A stretch of 63,084 nucleotides of DNA, the filler included, from Octopus bimaculoides (Eukaryota): the NCBI RefSeq assembly GCF_001194135.2. It is 4 parts of 3 records of this genome, joined end to end, with 100 filler letters (N's around TTAATTAATTAA, not from the genome) between each part and the next. Parts side by side here need not be neighbours in the genome. Positions count along the whole stretch, not along the records: positions 1 to 14,642 come from NC_068986.1; 3 more parts are not named here. One strand, given 5' to 3'. Below, in pieces: positions 1 to 13,860 of the stretch (positions are counted from its first letter, which is position 1; the number at the start of each line of letters is the position of its first letter). The notes beneath the pieces were generated by a model, which saw only the letters and a list, made by a program, of their open reading frames with translations, ran no database searches and was not told the DNA's origin. The position numbers and the translations under genes are program-made.

Positions 1-996
1 GGTATGAATTGATCGGCATGTACCGCATCGGCTATCATTGCATTTGGATACAGTGAATGCTTGATTTTTGTTGCTGAGGTCAAACCTATCTGTGTGTATG
101 TACGTTTGAATGTGTTTGTGTGTGTGGGTGGGGGGGGGGTGTATGTGTGGTTTAAACATCATACGTCTGGCATACGACTGGAATCATGAAGTCCATTACA
201 CATTTTCCACCGAAAAACATTACTCAAAGAAGCAGCTGCGAAAGGTCTGTGGCCGTAGCCAAGACAGTAGAACCTCTAGTTGTTCAGGGAACCTTAGTCG
301 TAATGCACTGGAGAAGATAAACTGCAGTAACTACGTTGGTTCAATTATATCCTGAGTTCAAACTCCAGGTTACTTTCTCCATGACATGTTTAAGATGAAC
401 ACCACTGAATACCACTGCCTAATTAATCATATATGGAATATTAATATATTACTAAAAAAAAAACTAGAAATATATCATAAAACCATCCGCTGTATTCACG
501 TATTTAGAAATGAAATACTGAAACATACGCATATAAATGTATATATAAATATGCAAATTATAAATCATGCACTGAAATTCTATTATTATTATTATGTCAT
601 AATTCAAATTATTTAAATTTTAGATGGATCAATTTCTTATCCGACATATTTATGAAGTGAGAATGACAAAGTCTGTAGGGAAGGAAATTAATCTGAAGGA
701 GAAAATATAGGCCACCTGAAAGTTTGTATAAATGTTTGGGATAACAAAACAGAAAGAATGGTTAATGGAAGCTATGTAGGAAGCTGCTTAACAGAGAGAA
801 ACAAGGAGGTGGAGAGAAGAGTAATAGTATGAAATATGTAGAGAAATCAAGAGGAAATAATAAAACTGAGGGTTAGAAGCAACAGAAAACGTCATGCATA
901 CATCACTTTTAGCGGAAAGTAGAAGCAATTTTATTTTAATCTCCATTAACATCTGTTTATTTGGTGACAACGATCTAGCAAAGAAGAGCAAGATAT

Positions 997-1029
<33 letters not shown>

Positions 1030-2400
1030 NNNNNNNNNNNNNNNNNNNNNNNNNNNNNNNNNNNNNNNNNNNNNNNNNNNNNNNNNNNNNNNNNNNNNNN
1101 NNNNNNNNNNNNNNNNNNNNNNNNNNNNNNNNNNNNNNNNNNNNNNNNNNNNNNNNNNNNNNNNNNNNNNNNNNNNNNNNNNNNNNNNNNNNNNNNNNNN
1201 NNNNNNNNNNNNNNNNNNNNNNNNNNNNNNNNNNNNNNNNNNNNNNNNNNNNNNNNNNNNNNNNNNNNNNNNNNNNNNNNNNNNNNNNNNNNNNNNNNNN
1301 NNNNNNNNNNNNNNNNNNNNNNNNNNNNNNNNNNNNNNNNNNNNNNNNNNNNNNNNNNNNNNNNNNNNNNNNNNNNNNNNNNNNNNNNNNNTATATATAT
1401 ATATATATTAAAAAAACTATAAAGAGAAAATTACAGGATATTGAGGTCAAATTGAAGAAAGAAATGTTCGTTGTAATATATCTAAAATGGTGTAGAATTG
1501 CTCTGAAAATGAAATCAAACGAAAATATTTCAAAGGCATCAAAATAATTTCTCAGGCACGGCAGATATTCAATGGAGCATGAAAGGAATTTTTAAAAATG
1601 CGTTTGATAAAAACTCACAACCCAGTTTTCTTATTAATAAGAAATACTGGAATACATAAAATATGAGATTAAAGAAACAAATATGTGGGATAATGGAAAG
1701 TCCTACTTAACTAGTTCCACTGAATACTGATTGGTGCTGAGTTCAAATCTAAACCTAATATATAGTTGCGCCCCACAGCAACGTACTTACTTCTACATTA
1801 TCTAACTTCACATAACTAGTAATAGTTGAGACTAAGCATTTCTGAGAGGGTAACCCGCAAAACATTTGTGTTTCACCCAGCGGCACTTGTTACATCTGAA
1901 TTAAACCTTATGAATTCAGATAGGTGGAATTAATTATTACAGCAATCAGATCTATTTTTTCACTCTATAGATCTTTGTTATTCTTCAAAAGATAAATGTG
2001 TTTCAAACGATATCTATTACGTTTGGTAATTCTAGGTCCTGTCCAATAAAATTTTCAATTATTTCAGATTCAGTCCAACTTAAATGAAGATATATGCTGA
2101 TATAGCAGCAGCAGCAGTGTAGTATACATGGGTATAATAGTAGCAGGAGCAAAATTGTAGTTGAGTGCAGGCCTGATGTTTGGAAAGTTCGGAAATAGAT
2201 CTACCCTTACTGTTTTTGTGGGAAAGGGAAAAACCTACTGTATGCAATAATTGTTTTGCATTCAAGAAATGTTCCTTGGTTTAATCGGATTACCTTAAAA
2301 TAGTTATGTATACGTGTATAAATACATTTTATATGCACGTATGTATGTATGTATGTATGTATGTATGTATGTATGTATATATATATATATATATATATAT

Positions 2401-2743
2401 AGGCGCAATGGCCCAGTGGTTAGGGCAGCGGACACGCGGTCATAGGATCACGGTTTCGATTCCCAGACCGGGCGTTCAGAGTGTTTATTGAGCGAAAACA
2501 CCTAAAGCTCCACGAGGCTCCGGCAGGGGATGGTGGTGAACCCTGCTGTACTCTTCCACCACAACTCTCTCTCACTCTTACTTCCTGTTTCTGTTGTGCC
2601 TGTAATTCAAAGGGTCAGCCTTGTCACACTGTGTCTGTGGAGTGCTCAGCCACTTGCACGTTAATTTCACGAGCAGGCTGTTCCGTTGATCGGATCAACT
2701 GGAACCCTCGACGTCGTAAGCAACGGAGTGCCAACAACAACAA
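2401..2743 (+). mobile_element. tRNA-derived SINE, family A (internal deletion relative to other copies)
   Basis: Head GGCGCAATGGCCCAGTGGTTAGGGCAGCGG (A-box-like) and GGTTTCGATTCCC (B-box-like); tail GGAGTGCCAACAACAAC; near-identical copies at 19854, 23894, 28853, 40589. Confidence 0.9.
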
Positions 2744-3169
2744 TATATAGGCGCATAGTAAAACCACTGGAAGTGAGGGGGCCCTATATATAGCCACAGC
2801 ATACCTCTAGGAAAGGGACACACTGATGCAAAACCTACCGGTTTCACATGATTGCTAGTCATCTTGCTATGGCCTGTCAGGCAGCAATAATAAATAACGT
2901 GGACGCAGAAAGTGGCTCTTGTTTTGCACAAGCGTTTATCACTATGATCCAGTAATGTAAGATGTTTCTTCGTGATGACCTTATTTGCCATTCCACCTAT
3001 TCAAACTCCTATCGAGATGGAAAAGTTGCGACATGCGCAGACTTTACCAGTTAGAAGCGCACAGTAAGTTACAAGTTTCGTCTGTAATCTATACTAAAGA
3101 CCATGCAAATTTGCAGCGAGCCTCAATAGTTATTTCAGATATCATGGCCACATAGTCAGCAATGCTAGT

Positions 3170-3224
<55 letters not shown>

Positions 3225-3960
3225 GTAGAAATAGATGGAGAAGTAGATAGATAGAGAGACAGAGAAGTATATACATTTATATATAACTCATGTACCTAAC
3301 CATGTGATTTTCTCATTACATTCTGTTCCTATTTCCATTTCCTTTTTCCTTCCATTCCCTGATTTTCTTCTACATATCCGACGGAGGGCTATGCTCAAAA
3401 CGTCACACCTTAAATTTTAACTCTCCGCTTAACTCTGTCTTCCAGGTTATAATACTCAATGTGAACGTCCTTCTGTGTTTGTTTTTGAATTCATCGTTCG
3501 TTATTGATTTGCCTACACACACACACACGCAACACACTCACAAATGCACAAACACAAATGCACACACACAAACAAACACACACATATGCACACAGGCACT
3601 ATCACACACACACGCGCATATATATAATTTGTGTGTAAGTGTGTGAATGTATTTGTTTATGTGACGTCTATATATATGTTCAAGCATATTAGTAAGGTAG
3701 AGCACATAGAAATGTTTCGTATGTATGTATTTATGTAGATGTGTAATATATTAATTACTGGGCATTATAAATTACTGTTTAGATGTTGCATTGATAACGT
3801 TGTCGAGAAGGAGAGAGTAAGTGGAGATTTCTCTCCTAATGAAAGATTAGTAAAAGTTTTAATTCAATGTGTGTCATTATCATTTTTTTTTTCTGTCGGT
3901 AATAGATAGAGAGAAAATCAATACACTAGAGTTATTTTATACATTAGAAGGAATAAACCG

Positions 3961-4190
3961 GGACACGTTGATGATGATGATGATAATGATGATGATACTG
4001 ATGATACTGATGATGATGATGACGACGACGATGATGACGATGACTGTATTCGTGATGCTTCTGATGATCAAGATGATGATAACAACAAAATTCACGATAA
4101 TGATGATAATGAAGATGTGTTTGGTAATGATGATGATGAAGGTGTGTTTGGGGATGATGATGATGAGGAGGAGGAGGAGGAGGAGGATAA
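3961..4190. repeat. compound (ATG)n/(GAG)n trinucleotide microsatellite
   Basis: Direct reading; produces the poly-Met and poly-Ile pseudo-ORFs. Confidence 0.95.
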
Positions 4191-4804
4191 AAGAATTAGT
4201 GACAACAAGTAAGGGGAATAAATGAGATTCACCGTCTTTGTGTATCACTAATGTTAATTAGCAAATAGTGAAATATCAATAAACTAAGGGATAGTATTAT
4301 GAAGAAAGATAAAACCGAAATTATAAAGCAAGTCATGTTCAGTTAAGGTTTTTTACTAAGTTCTACATGAACGTCTTTTTTAGACATATTTACCGATGTA
4401 AAAAAAAAAAAAAAAATTGGTTCGAAATCGAGTCGCCGTTTTCTATGGTCAGACGATTATTTTTTATTAGTTAGCTTCTGAAAGACTCGCAGTCCTCAAA
4501 GACTTGCAATTGTCAAAGACTTTACAGTCCCTCCAAGAATGGTGAAATCAGGAATGTTCATGTTGGTCTAAAATCTCCACAGATGTATGTGGAATATAAA
4601 GGAATAGTGGATGTTGCATATTAATGAATTCCTAGAGAGGAGAAAAGGGGCGTTTTGTTTAGCACGGTGTATCAGATTGAGATATAAGGAGGATGGGGGT
4701 GTAAGGAACGATGCATTGAATGAATTTATATGGGAACAGTAGTAAACTGTAGTACATAGTTGATAAATTCGCGGAACAGACACCGTAGAATTCTTGTTCT
4801 GGAA

Positions 4805-4968
4805 AAGATGGCGAGCTGGCAGAAACATTAGCACGTCAAGGAAAATGCTTTGCGGGATTTGGTCTGTCATTACGTTCTGATTTCAAATTCCGTGGAGGTC
4901 GAGTCCAAATCCTGCCAAGATAAACTTTGCCTTTCATCCTTTCGAGCGTGCTAAAATATAGTGCCAGT
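4805..4968 (+). mobile_element. tRNA-derived SINE, family C (diverged)
   Basis: GGCGAGCTGGCAGAAACATTAGCACG ... TTCAAATTCCGTGGAGGTCGA ... CTTTGCCTTTCATCCTTTCG; matches reverse-strand copies at 31110 and 43480. Confidence 0.8.
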
Positions 4969-6127
4969 AATAGGATGGGGTAAATGCCATTAATAGGATG
5001 TGGGTAAGTGCTATGAGGTAAGTGCTATTAGGTAAGTGTCATTAATAGGTAAGTGCCATTAATAGGATGGAGTAATTTACTAGGGTAAATTTCGATTACA
5101 TTTAGTCCAGTAAATGTAATCGGCTTACGACTCCCATACTATTTGTTGGCTAAAATTAGAATGATATTTATTATTATTGGTTGTAGTAATGATAGTAGTA
5201 TATGAAGAATTATATATAGAGTAATAAGGTACCATCAGTGGGATAATGGTTATAGAATGTTGATGATGTGAATATTTTCGTACATACGATCCAGAACATA
5301 TATGCCGAGGGTACAATGCCTTCTATGCGAACGTATTCTTTTATGGAATTCACTTATGCTTTTATGCAAAAGCATTTTGTAATTTCACGGAAATTTCTTC
5401 AATAGGTGCTTTGTCTTACAATTGTAAGAGTAAGTAAATGAGATTCTAATACGTTCATGTCTTTCTACCGTTGGGAATTAAAATTGGATAATAAAATAAA
5501 ATTTACAGCTTCATGATAATAATACAAATATGATTGTGATTTATCCTCTTTCCATGGCCCTTACTTTTTGTTCGATCTAGAGCGTTGAAAAAGAAAATCT
5601 GAGGAATTTGAAATTAATGTGAGCATATTCAAGAATAAATATTGTACACTAGTTTTGTCATGGTGCTTCCAATTTTATCAATTCATAGTCTCTGTTTCTA
5701 TTGACTAGCAAAGTGATTGGGGATTCAATAATAAATAATGTGAAAAAAATCCTCTATGTCATTTTTTCGTTTCCCCAAGTATAAGGAATTTCAGTGTAGT
5801 GAATCAGATAGTGAAAGTTTAAATCATTTCATTACAATCTAAAGTGGGGAGATTAAGTGGAAAATTCTTTTACGAATGGAAAAACTCAATAAGAAAAAGT
5901 AAAACATAAGCGTTAGCTATTACTCGCATTATAACGATTACTACATTACTATATTACGGAAGAAAGTTTCGAAGCGTTATTGCAGTAGGTCCCATCTATA
6001 CTTTATGTTTATTTTTCTGAATACCTTTCATCTGCGCTCTAATTTCATAAAGTGCTCATATATTATCATATTCAACTTTTTGATCGAATTTTAAGCACAC
6101 GCACACACACACGCACACACATACACC

Positions 6128-6178
<51 letters not shown>

Positions 6179-6221
6179 TAAACCGCTGTCATTCGAAATA
6201 AATATGATGCAAATCTCTCTC

Positions 6222-6259
<38 letters not shown>

Positions 6260-7429
6260 CGAAGTTTAACAAATGCTATATATGGAGTGTGTATTGATTA
6301 TGCGTATTTTTTTCTAATTGTTTATATTCACTCAATCCTACCAAATATTTTGCTTTCTTTTATAAGTAAAGCAGGTGAAGGCATAGTATCGGCAAGTGAG
6401 ACTCAAATGTATTTTGATATCTCTTTTAGGATGGTATCTAGAAAAGCATTACTGCCTTTTTTAAAATGATGCAACCATTTTTTAATAAATATTATGATGT
6501 GGGAAACAGAGAAACTCATTCTGAATTTCCCAAAATAATGACTCTATCTGTCAAAGTGTTGCTTACAAACGCTATAATCTATTTTTCTCTTCAGTATTTT
6601 ATTTCTTTACTAGAATAGTCTATGATGCTCTATGAATGATTGTATACATACTCACTGTCCACCGATTCATTTTTCTTCTGCCATCTTCCTTGTATTAATT
6701 CACGATGTTGTGAGATGTTTTCTGTGTTGAACTCATCTCTATAATTACCAATGTGAAAGATTTCAAACTAAACCATACTAATATTACCATGCATTTCAGC
6801 ATTTAAATATTATGTTGACAATAATAAATTATATTTCTAAAAAGAATATGTATTATTGCACGAAATATTCTAAAACTGTGTGTGTTATGCAAATAATTTA
6901 GTGATCATATTTCTAACTTAGTTAATTTGCATCGAAGCACAATCATGATTTGGCACAAATTTAGAAATGAAGGATTCTACTGAGTTCAATGTGTTGCAAT
7001 GCATAGATACCTGTAGCAGATGATAAAGTATTGGATAAACTGAAGGTAATAATTTGCTGTAATATTGTACGGCTGCAACAGCCATATTGATGTCATTAAG
7101 AGTTATTCTAGCTTCTGTGCAGATAAATCATTACAAATATGTTTATAGCTAGTATAGTTATATACAGTTTTGAAAAAAAAAAGAACTCAAAATATAGGTT
7201 TAAAAACGATTCAATTTCTTCTGACATTCACAAACGCAGGTACATACACACCAACAGCTTTGCTAAGGCAACTATTTTGCATCCCACCCAAACTATATAC
7301 ATTGACAATTTACAAGATGGGAATTACAAGATCAGTTTAGAATTTATGACTGTTTCCTGTTATGTGCTTTATTACGTACGCGATTTTATAGATAGAAAAT
7401 TAGATGCGCTACTTTGATATGCATGCTGT

Positions 7430-7960
7430 AATATCATATTATTAAAGGCTACAATGGTACAGGTTTGTTAGAAATACTTCTGAATAGTAAATACCCATAA
7501 CCCCTTTATTAGAACAGTGTGTGAGAATACTGTAATTTTCTGACAATTTATTCATTGATGGGAAGAGGAATCAATCAAAGCAGATAAGTATCGCCTTATA
7601 TTGTTGATACCTTCACGAAACAAATAGCAATGTGCCTTGATTGGACATAACATTTTGTCCCTGTAAATTAAATTCATGAATCGGCCATTAAATATTATTA
7701 GCTGATAGCTGGGACTCCATTTTAGTATATAATTTATAATAGCAATTTTCAGAACCTATATGGTCGATTGACTTTTCATCTACCAGCCAAGGATTGATTT
7801 GTTTGCTTCGCAAACTGAATGTTATCTCGAGTCACTGACAGCAACATTTCGATCTAAGTCGTCCAGTCTCCTTTGCTGTAAGCTGCAGTGGTGATTCTAA
7901 ATCTTTCCATCAGTATGGAAGAGACGAAAAACTTCTTCAATGTTACCTTTATTATAATCA
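7430..7960 (-). mobile_element. possible highly decayed RTE-clade LINE RT fragment
   Basis: Broken frames give FRLFHTDGK...NHH.SLQ and KGVMGIYYSEVFLTNLYHC, loosely like the RTE motifs RTDGKLFN..RLQ and TK..VY.A.VL.TLLYGC; many stops. Confidence 0.3.
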
Positions 7961-9007
7961 TTATAGGAAGATGAAGTTTTCAGTAGTGACCCCACGCCAT
8001 CCCATTAGAAAAACGTAGTTAGAAAATATATATTGCTTCTGTTTTGAGTGCGTAGCTTGTTAATTATGAAGCGGGAGTATAGTGAAATATATTGTAGATT
8101 TAACAGCTCCTAGAATTTTACTTGTTTGTTTGATTTCCTTTATCTCAAAATTCTGAAAATGGACATGCTTAAACCCTTAATAGGATATTGTAACACCATT
8201 GATTAGTTTTTCGTCATTCAATATTCCAAGATCAAGTTAACATTGTACAATTTCGTTTAAATTCTCTCCAATGTAATCACAACTTGAAATCGCCCTTTCA
8301 GAGGAGTAAGACAAATACAATGGTTCAAACCGAAGCTGAACGTGCCTCAAGACATGGATTGTTGGAAGCCCTTCACACTTCTACGAGTGATAATTTGAAT
8401 TGAAATCATTCAAATTACAAAATACAAATTTAAGGGAAGCATGTACATCAAGACCAAGACCAATTGGATATGAGATGGGAACATTTCCTGGTTGCAGCAA
8501 GCAGAAATTGATAAACTCAATCAACAATAATTCTCCACTACAAATATTGACACAGTGGCGGATCAAGACAATACATAATAGGAATCTCAAAGGAAAGTGG
8601 ATTGAAAGAAGGGATCGAACATCAGGCTACAGCAGTTAGTTTTAGATTCCTTTTTCCATTATCACTTTTAAAACCATGTAGGTCTAACATTTATCTTTTT
8701 TGACTAGGAACAACGGCAATTTTAAGCTCAATGTTTTTAACTCTGACACACATACACATACACACTAGTGAGCACATAAATACAAAGCAAGGTGGAAAAA
8801 TATTACTCGAATACCAAAGGTGGAGTAATATACTTTTTATTAAAGCTGTGAAATTATCACTAAACCGTTACTCAGAGGTTCACGTTCTCGTTCGTCGGAC
8901 AGTTCCGATGAAACTGTCCGTCGAACGGAAACGTGCACGCTTCTGTTTCATCTCTGAGTAACAGCTCTGCCATAATTTTTCAGCCTTTATATATATACAT
9001 ACACACA

Positions 9008-9053
<46 letters not shown>

Positions 9054-9672
9054 NNNNNNNNNNNNNNNNNNNNNNNNNNNNNNNNNNNNNNNNNNNNNNN
9101 NNNNNNNNNNNNNNNNNNNNNNNNNNNNNNNNNNNNNNNNNNNNNNNNNNNNNNNNNNNNNNNNNNNNNNNNNNNNNNNNNNNNNNNNNNNNNNNNNNNN
9201 NNNNNNNNNNNNNNNNNNNNNNNNNNNNTATATATATATATATATGTGTGTGTGTATATGTATGTATACATATATATATGTTTCAAATTTATACTCACTT
9301 TTGTATAACCAATTTATAAATGCTTCGAAACCATTAATAACCGTCTATCCATGTTTTGAATAATTTTACTTTTATTAGCCCAATCAGTATATTGCCAGTG
9401 ACGAAATCGTGTTCGCCTGGATTCCATATCTCATTCTTTCAGGTTGAATGTCGGTAATTGGGCCGATTTAACCAGTTATTTCATGCACCCATTATACGCA
9501 TTTTGACGTATTTATACGCATTTTGGCGTATTCATACCAGGTTGAGACAACTGATTTTTAGCAACATATATCTCTATATTATATAATTAATATGATATAA
9601 CTTGTTCTCCAATTCTTGTTGAATTCTTTGTTCAAACATTAATTGTTTATTCTTGATCTTATATAGCTTTTA

Positions 9673-10082
9673 ATGAGTGGTGAAAAGATTGCAGTTAGAG
9701 CCAGTTTGAGCTACCTGTGGGAAAAAAGTACCGAGTGCAACGACAGCGGTGAAAGAAATTAATATGTAAGGCCTAGAAAATGTCAACGAACGTGTGGTAC
9801 AAAACTGGTTCTAACGTTTCAAGGAAGATGATACCACCCTCAGTGAGATCCGTCTGTAATGGAAGTTGAAGCCTTTCTTGAAATTTCTGAACAACAGCCA
9901 AACACAAACACTTGTATATTGTCGGCAAAACTGAGCTTGGCCTTTTTAAAAGACGCTGTCGAGGAGTCTCTCATAAACTAACCAATGACAAGGTTAAAAA
10001 ACGAGTGAAAATTTGCCAACGTCTACTGGTGGAAATTTCAAGATTCTCGTTTCTGGTGTCGAATTGTAACTGGGGAAGAAAA
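9673..10082 (+). mobile_element. mariner transposase remnant (N-terminal half, deleted and frameshifted)
   Basis: Pieces read NERVVQNWF*RFKEDDTTL, HKLTND..KRVKICQRLL and (S)RIVTGEE: HTH, WVPHxL-linker and first catalytic-Asp regions of mariner transposases. Confidence 0.7.
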
Positions 10083-10351
10083 TGTATATATATATATACT
10101 TACACATAAATACAAACATACATACACGCATACAAACACTCACGCCTATACATGTATTGAAGTTAATACAGTTTACGAACTGTTTCTGCGAGTTTAACTA
10201 ATTATCGGTTCCTTAAAACTCGGACCATGACTTAATGAAGTTTACAGTTTGAAAAGAAATCACTATTTTTCTCCACCTTTGCTTTCCATTGGTATTTCCT
10301 TTTCTCCTCCTTGTTTTGCACCTACGTTATCATTCCGGTTTCTCTCTCCCT

Positions 10352-10391
<40 letters not shown>

Positions 10392-11401
10392 ATATATATA
10401 TATATTGTATACTGTATATGCTTGCAAAAATGAATAGAAATGGCTCTTCTGAAAAGCCATTTCTATTAATTTTTTTCAAATATACTGCATCAAGGTTCTA
10501 TTCCGCTATATATAATATTCTATCAACTATATACTTACTTCATGCTATTTAGCTCAAGGCAAAATGACGAAAAGAAACGCAAATAATAAAATTGACTTAC
10601 TCTTCTACTATATTAACGACTAGATATAAAATCAGATTATTTAAGGCAGTGTAATGAAAATAGGAAAATCACCTATAGTACGATTTGAACTTGTTGCGTG
10701 GTGGCGAAGGATAGCTAAATATTGTAATGTATTTATTTCGCACTGTAACACCTTGTCCATCACCATCACTACTAACGTTATTAATATATATTAATGATTT
10801 CTTTATTAAATAAGATGATGTCTCTTAATTTACGCATGAATGCGTATCTCTCAGATACAATCAACAAATAACCAACTAGCAACTGACATCTGAATGTCTT
10901 TATTCATTTCTATAACTCTCCCAGGCATTTTTTGCACTGGGCGGAGTTGGGAAATAGACTAATAGAATACAGTAAAGTCCTGACATCTATTTTCCAATGA
11001 CTTCCAATAATTTGGGGCATACTCAAAATATCTTATATTGCTATTTGAAACTTTATGGCTGGAGACACTTTTCTTTATATGATTTATGTTATTTTTGTAG
11101 CATTTTTATCTATTTTGCATTTTTTATAGAGTCGGATAATGGTAATAGCCGAGACAATAATAATTTCGGTTGGTTTATCTAATGTGTTTTTCTAACGAAA
11201 TAAAGTACTTGAGATATTAATTAAAAGTCAGTCTATCTTTAATTAAACGAAACATGGCAATCTCTATTAAATAGGTAAAGATACCTAACCTGCAGATGCG
11301 AACATGGATTGTTATATATATTTTCCCAAATCAAAGTAAAATGAGATGTTTAAAACATGCATTGAAATGGTTTTGTAGACACTGTTCACGATGAAGTTTA
11401 C

Positions 11402-11474
<73 letters not shown>

Positions 11475-11703
11475 TTTCTCCAGTACACGACAAAATTAAG
11501 TGAAGTAAAATATTATAGTATACGTTATTAAAATACCACTCGCTCCTTTTTTACTATCAGTACAAGTGCAATTTAAACTCTATTTCTCACCGTAAACGAA
11601 CTATTGTTTTTATATTTTGTCATATATTTCACTTATTTTAGACCTTGGACTACACACAATCTTTGAATATTTAGTCAAATAAACCCACTTATTTTGGCGC
11701 GCG

Positions 11704-11770
<67 letters not shown>

Positions 11771-11808
11771 GCTTTGATCAACTCGTGAATATATCAGAAG
11801 AAACTTGC

Positions 11809-11942
11809 CCTTGGGCAAGTGTCTTCTACTATAGCCTCAGGCCAACCAAAGCCTTGTAAGTGTATTTGTAGACGGAAACTGAAAGAGGCCCGTCGTATAT
11901 GTGAGTGTGTGTGTATATGTTTATGTGTCTGTGTTTGTTCCA
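11809..11942 (+). mobile_element. SINE family B fragment (CORE-like central part)
   Basis: CCTTGGGCAAGTGTCTTCTACTATAGCCTCAGGCCAACCAAAGCCTTG...GACGGAAACTGAAAGAGGCCCGTCG, shared with 32788, 35533, 36622. Confidence 0.8.
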
Positions 11943-13469
11943 NNNNNNNNNNNNNNNNNNNNNNNNNNNNNNNNNNNNNNNNNNNNNNNNNNNNNNNNNN
12001 NNNNNNNNNNNNNNNNNNNNNNNNNNNNNNNNNNNNNNNNNNNNNNNNNNNNNNNNNNNNNNNNNNNNNNNNNNNNNNNNNNNNNNNNNNNNNNNNNNNN
12101 NNNNNNNNNNNNNNNNNNNNNNNNNNNNNNNNNNNNNNNNNNNNNNNNNNNNNNNNATATATATATATATATATATATATATAGGGGGTGTGATGCGTTT
12201 GTGTGTGTGTGCACGCGTGTATATGTTTGTGCCTGTGTCTATCTTAACTAAGGAAAAGCCACATTATTGTGGAAGATTCCTATCACTAGTGTTCGTATGT
12301 AGAACGATACACGGAATACACATAGCAAAATAGAAGGAGCTATTGTTAAAAAAGTATCTAGTTACGCCTTCTTGCATGTATTTCATTAATTACAATATAT
12401 ATTATATAAAGGAGACCTTATAATAAGTTTTCATTATGAAATCTTCAGAGCTTGCATAGCTTAGGTGAACAATCTTTAAGAACTATGATGGATATCGGAC
12501 AGTGTCATGTTAAGTACAGTGTCAAATGTGTGAAAGAATTTACACCGACCAGTACACACATAATCGCATTCATACACACTTTATGTTCATATATATATAT
12601 GCACCTACTTATATGCACCCATGCATACCATACACACATGCACACACATACTCACACACACAGACACACACAGATACACGCACACACACATGCACATGCA
12701 CGCACACACAGAAATATATATAGAGAGAGATTGACATACATAAATACATTGTATATGTACATACATGTGTGTGTGTGTCTTTATACGCATGCAATGTCTT
12801 ATATTGACACACGCACGCCAAACTCACATTCCTGCGCCACACACACGCAAACTCGATTGAAATCAGAAGGACAATCGATTCGTTTATTTTTCAGTCCATT
12901 TCTTTCTGTTGGTCTGTAGAAACAAATTTTCTTGGATTTTTTTGTTTAGCTACATAGTATAAGATGGCCGAAAGTACTAAAAATAGTGAACATATGCTTA
13001 ATATTTTACACTTCTTTTCCACCGATAAATATATTCTATGTACGAAAAATTAATTACCGTCTGGAGCAATTTTAATTAGATTTTTATTTTAATATTTATC
13101 ACTATAGATTGTGTAGTTTCCTAGTGTATGTGAATTTATGAACTGGATACACATTCAAACACACACACACGCACATACACGCTGCGCGGGTACACACACA
13201 TGCATACACATACCCCTATTAGGCATAGGAAAGCTTTTCTATTACCACGTAGTTAGTAATACAGAAATCAATACTTTTGGCAGCGTAAATATTTGATAAC
13301 TATGATTAGAGTTCCAGCATAGAGCAATTCTAGTATTGAAAGATTCACGTCCCTGTCTCAAGTCAGCTTCGTGAACAGGATATATCAGGCAGTCAAGAAA
13401 ACATCATTCAATATTTTGTTGATTTGCAGTTTGTTTTGAGTACTGGATAAAGGCCTGTGAAGTTTCGGA

Positions 13470-13860
13470 TATTCGGGTGTCGCATTTAAGCTGGTTGAAT
13501 ACTCATTTAAGATGATTCCCGGTAACTAGAAGTTAAAGTTTTCTGCTGTTGCGATAACGATGAAATTCATTTTTAGCATGCAGAGTCCACCGTAATATTT
13601 GTAAGGAGTGTACTTGTCGCTGGACCAAAATATTGTTTAGGTGATGCTAAATTCGGTAATGTCTGATACAAACAAGTCCGATATATGTGTGATTCAGGAT
13701 GTTGTATGTTTTCTCGGACCGACAATGTATTTCTCCTTTGTTTTTGGCAGCAGAAGTTGTTTAATTTTACTTGGTTGTCGAGACAATTCGCATAAGTTGT
13801 CCAAGAATTTTATGTCTGGTTTCTTGAGAAAGAATGCATTGTCACGCTAATCAGTACACG
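13470..13860 (-). mobile_element. decayed Penelope-like element, GIY-YIG endonuclease region
   Basis: Frameshifted pieces RQPSKIKQLLL, TYIGL...R...HH and IILNEYSTSLNA resemble the PLE linker (RQPxNLKxLL), YIG motif and terminal FI...PxLN motif. Confidence 0.5.

Noticed and set aside
2401-2475. tRNA-like sequences at SINE heads
   Set aside because: A/B boxes only, no complete cloverleaf, and they continue into SINE bodies; not tRNA genes.
2481-2750. Recurring peptide MFIERKHLKLHEAPAGDGGEPCC (also 23942-24190 and partly 19960, 28964)
   Set aside because: Chance frame inside SINE family A; start and length differ between copies.
3869-4248. Poly-Met/poly-Ile ORFs and the many YIYI, CVCV, HTHT, LSIY ORFs elsewhere
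   Set aside because: Translations of di-, tri- and tetranucleotide repeats.
8400-8639. 79-aa ORF in non-repetitive DNA
   Set aside because: Short, no recognisable motif or splice context.
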